From sequence record NC_048077.1: 64,000 nt of DNA, one strand, 5' to 3'. The position numbers were made by a program, and so were the translations under genes. Of the stretch, positions 8,654-17,200 are shown in pieces. The notes under the pieces are model-generated. The model saw nothing but the letters and a program-made list of their open reading frames with translations. It was not told the origin of the DNA and did not search any database. Every line of letters begins with the position of its first letter. Within the stretch, counting starts at the first letter, position 1.

Positions 8654-9825
8654 GCTGGAATGAATCCATAGTAAGTCAACTGACAATCTTTCAGTTGATA
8701 ATACAAACTCATCGCTTTGAACTTTTTAAGCGTGCCGTGGAAGCCTAACAGGTGTTCTTTTTCGCGCCCAATGTTGCGAAGCATTTCTCGTAAGATACGA
8801 ATATCAAACTGAGATTCAAACGGACGCTCAACCGCAGATTCGAGAATAAGACTATCGCGCACGCTACCACTGTCGTTATCAAAACCGATGTGCATAGTTT
8901 TCTTTTCAACGCTCACATTCACACGCGTATTCGCTTTCACGTCAACGAGAGTATAAATGTTTTCAAACGGTGCCGACATATCGCCTTTGATCTTCAAACT
9001 CATCAGCGCTTTGCCCATCGCGTTTTCCATTACGTCGATATACTGATAATCCTGATCGGTACTTTGAATTGGCGGCAATGTCAGAACAAAATCTTCTGCC
9101 TCTGCCGCAAAGCTGTTCGTGTCTGCGAAGAAACTGATTTTGTTTTTGCCGCAGAACTTCATTACCAGATCGAACATTTCAACTGACAAACTGAAACGGA
9201 ACGAATCAACTTTGTCTTCCAGTTTGGTAACGTATTTGGAACTTGCCCAATTCGACACCGATGCGACGCGCATGTTTTTGCCTTCGCATTCGATACGACA
9301 AATAACACTGGCCTGCGTGATTGTATCTTTGATACGGCAAAGACGAACACCTTCAACCATCTTATCAATAACTTCTTGCGACATTTCGTTGCCGCCGGAT
9401 AAGTGGTGACGCAAACCTTCATTCACCATCGGGATCTGTTCCGGAGAAATAGGACGAACTTTAAATTTACTGGAGTAGCGCCCTTTCACTTCCTGCATTT
9501 CAACTTCGCGCCCGGTGTACATCGCAGTCATAGAACTGCGCTTCGCAATCAGACCGTCAATCTGCGCAGGATCGATGTTGAATACTGTATCGCCATCGGC
9601 AATCGCATTCGGAACCAGATGAGCAACAAACGTGTCCGGAGTACGACCGATCACAAACACGTTTGACTTGTAACTACAAATCAAATGAATGTGTGTCAGC
9701 TTATCGTTACTTTGAGAAAATTTAGTTACGCTATCGACCTTCTTTAAGATAGCAGAGAGTTCTTTTGCATCGAACTTAAATCCGACGTTGGTAACAGGAC
9801 GATCCGGTAACTTACACTTTTTCAT
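8650..9825 (-). CDS. dnaN: DNA sliding clamp, bacterial beta-subunit-like
   Basis: About 390 aa; N-terminus FDAKELSAILKKVDSV...LTHIHL matches the beta-clamp pattern with alternating beta/alpha repeats; beside the polymerase, with a DnaX homolog elsewhere in the window. Confidence 0.7.
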   Translation of the reverse strand: MKKCKLPDRPVTNVGFKFDAKELSAILKKVDSVTKFSQSNDKLTHIHLICSYKSNVFVIGRTPDTFVAHLVPNAIADGDTVFNIDPAQIDGLIAKRSSMTAMYTGREVEMQEVKGRYSSKFKVRPISPEQIPMVNEGLRHHLSGGNEMSQEVIDKMVEGVRLCRIKDTITQASVICRIECEGKNMRVASVSNWASSKYVTKLEDKVDSFRFSLSVEMFDLVMKFCGKNKISFFADTNSFAAEAEDFVLTLPPIQSTDQDYQYIDVMENAMGKALMSLKIKGDMSAPFENIYTLVDVKANTRVNVSVEKKTMHIGFDNDSGSVRDSLILESAVERPFESQFDIRILREMLRNIGREKEHLLGFHGTLKKFKAMSLYYQLKDCQLTYYGFIPA

Positions 9826-10081
9826 TCGACTCCACCACAAATTGAATTTGGTTGTTTACTCGCACTGACGCGATTCTCTTTCCTGATTTACAGAAAAGAC
9901 CGTTCAAGATCCCCACAAGATCTGTAACGTGACTACCAGACGTAGCCGCGTAAACTTCAATGTCATCCGGAATATCGTTTGGATTTAGGTGCCACAAAGT
10001 TCGTAGCACCGCATTGAAAGTTTCTGAACGTTCGACGAGGTTTCTGTTTAAAAACGTGCAAACGTCTTCGATACTAATCAT
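9812..10081 (-). CDS. Hypothetical protein
   Basis: 89 aa ORF coupled to the polymerase stop. Confidence 0.55.
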   Translation of the reverse strand: MISIEDVCTFLNRNLVERSETFNAVLRTLWHLNPNDIPDDIEVYAATSGSHVTDLVGILNGLFCKSGKRIASVRVNNQIQFVVESNEKV

Positions 10082-13000
10082 TTCACCGCAAGCCTCTTCA
10101 TCGCACGGCCTAACTTTTTAGAACTGATTTTGATTCTCTCTTTGACTGGAACTTCCGCTTTCGCTTGTGCCTTCTTCCACTCTTCGAGAAGTTTTAGGTT
10201 GCTAGGAATTTCTTTTTTCCACTGTTCAATGTTTTTCTTATCCTCATTGGTCAATGGACACTTCTTAGGCTTACTGCGCAATTCAATATCATTCGCCCAA
10301 ATTTGTTTCTTCATCCATGTAGACATGAGGTGATATTGATCATTCATGATGCTGTCGAGAGTTTTCTTAACATCAAGATCTTTCTCGCCGAGTTCATCAC
10401 GTTTGATTTCCAGACCTTTCTCCAGAATATCAAACAGCGCCTGATAGCTGAAATCCCAACCCTTAACATCTTTTTCCGTTGCACCGATTTCAAAGTCGAT
10501 TTCCGGAATGGATGTGAATTCAAAACCTTCGTGACGTTTCTGAACTACTTCAACTACTGCGCTTGTCATCGCACGTTCAATCATATCCAGTGCAAGGAAG
10601 AACCAATCGTAATGACAGTCAACGGTTAAGGAGTCATGCACCGAAACGTTGAGAACGAAATCAGGATACACGCCGTTCGCTTCCCAATATTCGTACTTCA
10701 TGCGATCAAGAATTCGAATAGCACTCATCATCAAGTCAGAACCAAAACCCTGAACAGGTGAGTTTACTGCGCGACGATCACACGACGCATAAACGTTATC
10801 CGCATCGCTATGCTGTTTAGGCAGCATGAATCCCCACAAGTGACGGCGACGACCGACCGGAGATTCCACGAAAAAGTTTTTGTGCGCGAATCGTTTGATT
10901 GCATCGAACCATTTCAGACCAACCGGGAAACGTTTAAGGAACTTGCCTTTGATTTCCACGATCTCATCAACTTCGCGTCCGGTACTCTTCGCCAGACCTT
11001 TATCCCCTTGCTGATAAATCAGACCAAAGATAACTGTCTTAACTGCGTTACGAATTGATTTCGTAACTTCCATGATATCAATACCAAAGAAGTATGCAGC
11101 GTTGATTTTATGAACGTCACCTTCAACTTCGATTCGGTGTGCAATCCATTTATCCGGAACAGTACGATAACGACGACGCAATATCGCGCCCTGTTCAAAT
11201 ACATCAGCAACACCCTGATCGCCAGATATAATTGACCAGCCGCGAACTTCGTGCGCAGAGTAGTCCACCTTAATGAGCATACGATTTTTACGCGCAATCA
11301 AAATACGCTTAATCAGTTTACCCATTTCAGAACGACTAGGTACTTGCTGCAAGTTTGGATCTTTCGCAGAAGTACGTCCGGTTACAACTCCGAGATAACC
11401 ATATGACGGACGAATTGATCTGTCATGTTTGAAGTCATCGCTTTCGCCCCACAATTTAAGCAGGCTGTTAACGTAAGCGTTTCGGAGTTTGTACGCCTTA
11501 TTAAGTTTCGTGAACAGCGCAACCATCGGATTATCAGCGTATGCTGCTTGGAAATCTTTATCCAGTTTACCAAATGGTTTTCCGTTCGGACGAATCTTGT
11601 CGCTCTCCTTCAACGGCTTGAGTTTCATCACGTCAAAGAAAAGAATCTGCTTGTGCTCTTGCGAACTCAAATCAAATTTTTGAACATGCACTTCGCCCAT
11701 CAATCCAAACTTCGGAATGTTGGAATCCTTCAAAATGATTTTGTTTGCTTTCGCTACTTCCGGACTGTCTAAGAATTCACGCTCAACGTTTTTGATTTCT
11801 TGGTTGATTGGACTGTTCGGAAGATTCAGTTTAAACAGATAATCAATGTCAGCGCCTGCGCCTGTACTTTCCAGAATACTAAACGCATGGATCTGATCGC
11901 TAATCTGTTGACTGACCATCGACTCATATTTGTCGTAGCCGATATCTTTCGCACGTTGAATTTGTTTCTCATGAATCAAGAACGGAATGATAACGTCAGC
12001 GCCTGCGTATTCCTGAACCTGTTCATCAAGATCTACGTCAGCAATTGTTGCACGTTGCGCTTTACCAAACGCAAGATCCAGATACAACTCACAACCGTAT
12101 TGCATCGTGAGGTTAGCTAAGTTGTAATAACCTTTGCCTGTTACCAGTTGAAGAGATTTCGCATTCTCATCGAAAGCAAACTCACCCGCCTGAACATCCC
12201 ACACATCAGATTTAAAACTGCGTACACCGAAGTTACTACGGATAACGTTTAAGTCGAACTTTGCGTTAGCGTAGATCTGATATTTGTTTTCGTTCTTCTC
12301 AAAGTAATCACGGAAGTCGCGCGAAATCTTTTTCAATTCTTTTGGACTGAAAGGACTGTCGCGATGGAACACCGGAATCACATACGCCGTCTTGCCGTCC
12401 ATACAAAACTGAACAGTAAGAACTTTGTTTACAATGCGATTAAGGTTTTCCGTTTCGGTATCCACTGCAACCTTTTCGGCTACAGCCAATTCCTTCATCA
12501 GCTTTTTAAACTTGCTGTACTTCGTGATGTACTTGAGATTCCAGTTACGATCTTTTCCGCTCGTTACTTTACGAATCTTGTACGGCATTTCACAATCGTT
12601 GAACCACGGCAACATCCAACGCGCCATGTAACCCAACGTGTAACTGGTTCCCACAATACTACGTGGATGCAGAACGCTATTATAACTTACGTTCGGCAGA
12701 TGTTTAAATTTGTGCGATACTCCATTCATTTTTATTCGTGAAGGAATGATCACACCGTACCAGTTACTGATATCACCTTTCGCATCATACGCACGCTGAA
12801 TCTTTTCTTTGTTCAAACAATGGAACGGTGCGCTACCAAAAGTCAAAACGATTTCTGGTTTGTACTCAACGATGATTTCTTTGATACGTTTACCAAACGC
12901 TTCTTCGGCGTCTGCTTTATACTGATCTGACTTGTCGTAAGTTTTAAACATGTTGAAACTAACAACAAGGAAGTTCCAATCGTCAAGCGTAGTTTTTAAC

Positions 13001-13242
13001 GGGAACGTATCTTCCAGATACTGAATCTGATTCAAAAATGTTTGACCAGTTACACCGCTAAAAATCTTTCCGTTTTCCAGATCTTCGGAAGGCATATGGT
13101 CAACAACAATCAGGGCTTTGCGTGCAGACTTTTTATCGGCGACACCTTTAAGGACTCGGACGAAATCATACGTCTGTTGATCCTCAAATTCTTTCGGTGC
13201 GTCATAGTCAAGAGTTAAGTGTTTTGTTTTCATATCGCCCAA
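10078..13242 (-). CDS. polA: DNA polymerase family A with N-terminal UDG-like domain and 3'-5' exonuclease
   Basis: Exo motifs VAVDTET, NAKFD, YAGAD; TGRTSAKDPNLQQVP; motif A DYSAHEVR; motif B RNAVKTVIFGLIY; motif C VHDSL. N-terminal GQTFLNQI / PEIVLTFGS / HLPNVS..HP is UDG-like. Likely ATG at 13233. Confidence 0.95.
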   Translation of the reverse strand: MGDMKTKHLTLDYDAPKEFEDQQTYDFVRVLKGVADKKSARKALIVVDHMPSEDLENGKIFSGVTGQTFLNQIQYLEDTFPLKTTLDDWNFLVVSFNMFKTYDKSDQYKADAEEAFGKRIKEIIVEYKPEIVLTFGSAPFHCLNKEKIQRAYDAKGDISNWYGVIIPSRIKMNGVSHKFKHLPNVSYNSVLHPRSIVGTSYTLGYMARWMLPWFNDCEMPYKIRKVTSGKDRNWNLKYITKYSKFKKLMKELAVAEKVAVDTETENLNRIVNKVLTVQFCMDGKTAYVIPVFHRDSPFSPKELKKISRDFRDYFEKNENKYQIYANAKFDLNVIRSNFGVRSFKSDVWDVQAGEFAFDENAKSLQLVTGKGYYNLANLTMQYGCELYLDLAFGKAQRATIADVDLDEQVQEYAGADVIIPFLIHEKQIQRAKDIGYDKYESMVSQQISDQIHAFSILESTGAGADIDYLFKLNLPNSPINQEIKNVEREFLDSPEVAKANKIILKDSNIPKFGLMGEVHVQKFDLSSQEHKQILFFDVMKLKPLKESDKIRPNGKPFGKLDKDFQAAYADNPMVALFTKLNKAYKLRNAYVNSLLKLWGESDDFKHDRSIRPSYGYLGVVTGRTSAKDPNLQQVPSRSEMGKLIKRILIARKNRMLIKVDYSAHEVRGWSIISGDQGVADVFEQGAILRRRYRTVPDKWIAHRIEVEGDVHKINAAYFFGIDIMEVTKSIRNAVKTVIFGLIYQQGDKGLAKSTGREVDEIVEIKGKFLKRFPVGLKWFDAIKRFAHKNFFVESPVGRRRHLWGFMLPKQHSDADNVYASCDRRAVNSPVQGFGSDLMMSAIRILDRMKYEYWEANGVYPDFVLNVSVHDSLTVDCHYDWFFLALDMIERAMTSAVVEVVQKRHEGFEFTSIPEIDFEIGATEKDVKGWDFSYQALFDILEKGLEIKRDELGEKDLDVKKTLDSIMNDQYHLMSTWMKKQIWANDIELRSKPKKCPLTNEDKKNIEQWKKEIPSNLKLLEEWKKAQAKAEVPVKERIKISSKKLGRAMKRLAVK

Positions 13243-13268
13243 TGGTCAAATAGACAATCACCCTAGTT

Positions 13269-13280
13269 ATTTACAGTTTT
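13269..13280 (-). promoter_or_regulatory. CTGTAAA(T) promoter-like motif upstream of the DNA polymerase
   Basis: AAAACTGTAAAT, one of about 12 copies lying 20-60 nt upstream of start codons. Confidence 0.6.
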
Positions 13281-13292
13281 CCAGACCAACTT

Positions 13293-13321
13293 AAAATGAA
13301 AAGGGGCGCAAAATGCACCCC
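13293..13321 (-). terminator. Intrinsic terminator
   Basis: GGGGTGCA-TTT-TGCGCCCC followed by TTTTCATTTT. Confidence 0.7.
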
Positions 13322-13327
13322 AATTTG

Positions 13328-13645
13328 TTAGGCAAAGCCTTTCGGAATTTTCACTTTTGCGACCACTTCCACAGCCTGCAAAAGAGTTTTCGCCTTGAGC
13401 AAAAGTTTCAGTGTTGCCACATTCTTTTTGCCGCCAGCACTAGCGCCATATTTGACAGTAGCTTCTTCGCTTTTTAAAACATCCAGAACGTGCGAAAGTT
13501 TCGAGGTATCAAGCTCTTTAGCTTTAACCAAAGTTTCGATACTGGATAGCAGAGACTCACCACGCGCACCAAAAAGAATTTTGGCATTCGAGGACTGACT
13601 CTTTGTTGCCGAAACTGAATCAACATTTAAGGAAATCGTCGTCAT
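13328..13645 (-). CDS. Hypothetical basic protein (possible virion protein)
   Basis: 105 aa, K/A-rich, followed by a terminator; N-terminus MTTISLNVDSVSA. Confidence 0.65.
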   Translation of the reverse strand: MTTISLNVDSVSATKSQSSNAKILFGARGESLLSSIETLVKAKELDTSKLSHVLDVLKSEEATVKYGASAGGKKNVATLKLLLKAKTLLQAVEVVAKVKIPKGFA

Positions 13646-13647
13646 AC

Positions 13648-14202
13648 TTATTTCCTCTTCTGTTGAGTCCAGTCACGTTTCTGGTTTTGATTCTGAACAG
13701 GTTTTACTTCTTCAACCGGGGAAGAATTTTCTTCCTCTTCTTCCTGTTCGGTTTCAATTTCCGGTTCAGGTTCCGCAGGTTTCTCTTCCGGTTTAACGTC
13801 AATCGGTGCTTCGATGTGAGAAGAAACCACAGGCGCAGGCGCATCAGCAATTTTAGCCATAGGCTTTGCTTGAACTTCCGGAACAGAAAAATGTTCGTCC
13901 AGATGTGCGCGAGTAATCAGATTGCCTTTATCAGCCAGAATTTTTTCTTTCTCTTCTGCCGACATTTTCATGCAGGCGATTTCCAAAGTTTTTCCGCGCA
14001 TATACGTTAAACCTTTCGGCAAACGATCACGACCAGTAAAGGGCAGACCGTTCGACGGAACAGCGGGTTCGAAACTATCATCGAATTCCCACTGACGTTT
14101 TGCCGCGATACACTTTGGCCCCCACACGCCATCACACACGCCATCGTACCAGCCGAGGAATGTCATGATAACCTGAATCTGTTGATAGAAATCACTGAGC
14201 AT
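13648..14202 (-). CDS. Peptidoglycan-binding-domain protein with acidic C-terminal tail
   Basis: IQVIMTFLGWYDGVCDGVWGPKCIAAKRQWE matches the PG_binding_1 consensus (LGYY.G..DG.FGP.T..A...FQ). Confidence 0.65.
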   Translation of the reverse strand: MLSDFYQQIQVIMTFLGWYDGVCDGVWGPKCIAAKRQWEFDDSFEPAVPSNGLPFTGRDRLPKGLTYMRGKTLEIACMKMSAEEKEKILADKGNLITRAHLDEHFSVPEVQAKPMAKIADAPAPVVSSHIEAPIDVKPEEKPAEPEPEIETEQEEEEENSSPVEEVKPVQNQNQKRDWTQQKRK

Positions 14203-14214
14203 AAATTTCTCCTG

Positions 14215-14240
14215 AAAGAAAAGGAGGCCGAAGCCTCCCT
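14215..14240 (-). terminator. Intrinsic terminator
   Basis: GGAGGC-TTCG-GCCTCC followed by TTTTCTTT. Confidence 0.75.
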
Positions 14241-14245
14241 AACTT

Positions 14246-17200
14246 TTACGCGGATTTGGATTTGTCTTTTGTCGCCTTGATTTTATCAAGAGCAGCAACG
14301 CATTTCTTCAAGTTCGAAACAGTGTAACCTGCTTTGATGATCTTGTTGATTTTCGCTTTTGCTTTTGCGACGGACGGTAAGAAACCGATCCACATACCAT
14401 CAGCTTTCTCGAACGTACCAAACTTACGAGTGTTTGGAATTTTCTTGCCAGCAAATTTGGTAGCCATCGGGTTCGTTGCAACGTCGATCATGATGCGCAG
14501 ACGATCTTCCATTACCATCGGATAAGCCTTAACGTGTTTCTTATCGGACGCAGCGCGGTGACGTACAAGGAAGAACTGACGAAGTTCTGATTGCAATTTC
14601 ACTGCCTGTTTCTGATTGAAACTCATGCGGCCTGTCGAAGCGAATACGTCGAGAACATATTCCAAACGTTTTGCTGTCGCGTTGTCGAATTCGTATTTCT
14701 TCTCGATGAAATCCAAGAATTTCTCGAAGTCTTCGTAGTAATAGAAATCCACGTAGACATAAGAACCGAACTCCACAAACTCTTGCTCTTTCAGCATTTT
14801 CGTATCCGGATCGGTAACGTCAGCATACAGAGCAATGAATCCGTTATACACGGTAGGCGTTAAGGTGAAAGCCATATCGGTTTTCGATTCCTTAACAGCT
14901 TCGCGAACAGAAATCGTTGCAGGCTTAACTTTGTTATCCAGCGGTTTCAGCGGTTTCGGTGCAGGACGAACCTTGCCAGCCGCTTCTTTCACGCCTTCAT
15001 TGATCGGCTTATCTGCGCGTTTGTTTTCCGCACGTTTATTCTGGCGAGCAGCTTCACGTTCGATTTTCGGCAGACGCTCACGCGTAGCTTCTTTATCTTG
15101 CGTTTCTTTCTCATCCTGAATCTGATCTTTCGCACGCTTGTTGTTAGACATGCGCTCAACGCGTTTACGATCAGTTTCCGTCGCCCACGGTTTGTTAGTC
15201 TTGAAAAATTCTTCAAGCTGTTTATCCGTTACTTTGGTTGCGACGTGAATTTTCGCAGCGGAAATAGTCATCAACTCATCGGTGCCGTGGATACGAACAC
15301 GCACGGTACTGATTGGATCATCAGCACGCAGGCGAGTTGTTCCCGGTTCATTACGAACCGAAATACCCACGATTTGACCGTTGCCGAATTCTGTTACAAC
15401 TGGCATCAGATACAATGCGCGTTTCAGAATTTCACCGTCGATAAACTCATTCTCTTTCGTCCAGTCACGCAGACGAGTTAAACCATAGCCGTGGCGATCC
15501 GGAATCTTTTGGTTGTTCACAATCGGGCACTGTTCCATGATACCAAAACCACGGAGCGGTTCAGCAGGAGTAAGCGGAATCATCTGCGCAACCGTAGTTT
15601 TACGCATATCAGCAAACTCTTTTTGTTCGATTGAGTTCAACTCTGCTTTCGCAGCGAAGTAATCTTCGAAATCTTCCATTTCGTTATTGGCGATCAGAAG
15701 TTCCGCGTTCATACGAATCGGACGCAAATCATATTTGTCCAGAGGCTCGTAAAGTTCGTTGCCTTTTTCGTCGAACTGAGTTTTCTGCAAAGTCTTCCAC
15801 ATCAAGCGAGCGACTTTACCTACTTCCAAAGTTTTGTTCGTCATGATCCAGTCGATGAACACAACTTCACGCGCCATATCACCCGGCTTGCCGTTTTCGT
15901 CCAGAACAGCAGCAGAAACATCAGGACGGAAAATACGTGCAGTGGATTGATCATAAACACCCGGCGACCACGGAGTATCGCAACGAATGATACGGCTACC
16001 CATCTGCATGTTGTGGCCTTCGGAGATCGCTTGCTCGTTCGCAATCAGAATCTGAATCGTCGGATCAGTTTTGAATGCGTCGAGGTTTGCGCCTTTGTCC
16101 TGACCAAGTTTGCTAACTTCACCGTGATAAAGTACAGCAATCTTTTTGTAGTTAGGAGGCAACGCGTTATAGATTGCGTTTGCAGAACGTGTGTAACGAG
16201 TAAACACGATCAGCTTACCAACTTTCTCTTCTTTCCAGTAGTCCGGATCTTGCGGAGGTGGAACCATTGACGGAGGAAGATCCGCACGCCCATAACCATC
16301 GCTATGTTTACGCGCCAGATATTTTTTGCCATCGTAAACTGCGATATCCAATTCACGCGGCTCTACGCCCGGTTTCCATTCAAAGATCTGGTGAGTACGG
16401 TTCGCAGGATCACGTTGCGCCTGAACTTCGAAGTGTTGTTTGATGCGATCAATAATCGTCACTACTTTCACGGACACAAAGTTTTTCACTCCGGCCTGTT
16501 CGAAAGTTTCGCGAGCGATATCATCACCCATCGGATCGGTAAGCATCATTTCCATGCGCTGAAAATACACGTTCAACTCAACGTTGTTCGCCAGCAAGGA
16601 ACCTAATACATCACCTTCCTCTTCGTTGTTATCTTCCGGATCGATATCTGGATTCGAATCGTTTTCGTCAGCGCTACCGCCTTCGTCATCGTCCGAGTTA
16701 CCGCCTTTCTTCTTCGCGTTTTCCGCAGCTTCGTTAAGCATGTCGAAAAGTTGCTGATACATCGCATCGTAAACTTGTTTGTGCAAGTCTGAATGCGGAA
16801 CAGAAGAATCGTCGATATTTACCGGGAAGAAAGTATCAATCGGCGACGGCAACATAAACGCCCAATGCTTACGTTTATAAGCAATGAATGCGGTGTGGTT
16901 AGACAAACGGGAATGCGCACGACGAATCGCGGCAAGTTCGCCATCACCTTTATCCAGCGTATCGAGATCGCTACCGAAAATTGTCGGAGACATTAACGCA
17001 GCCTGACCAACAACGTCAGTCACGATATCAGTTACCAACGTACCAGTTGCGATACGCGCATAGCGAACGGAAGGAACAGTGAATACAGCTTTCGTATTCA
17101 AGTGAACCGCAGAACCGCCAGCCATGTTTTTCGCTTTGTGACTTTCATCGAGCAGCACGTAACTAAAGTTGAAACGTTTTACGAATTCAACCGCGCCACG

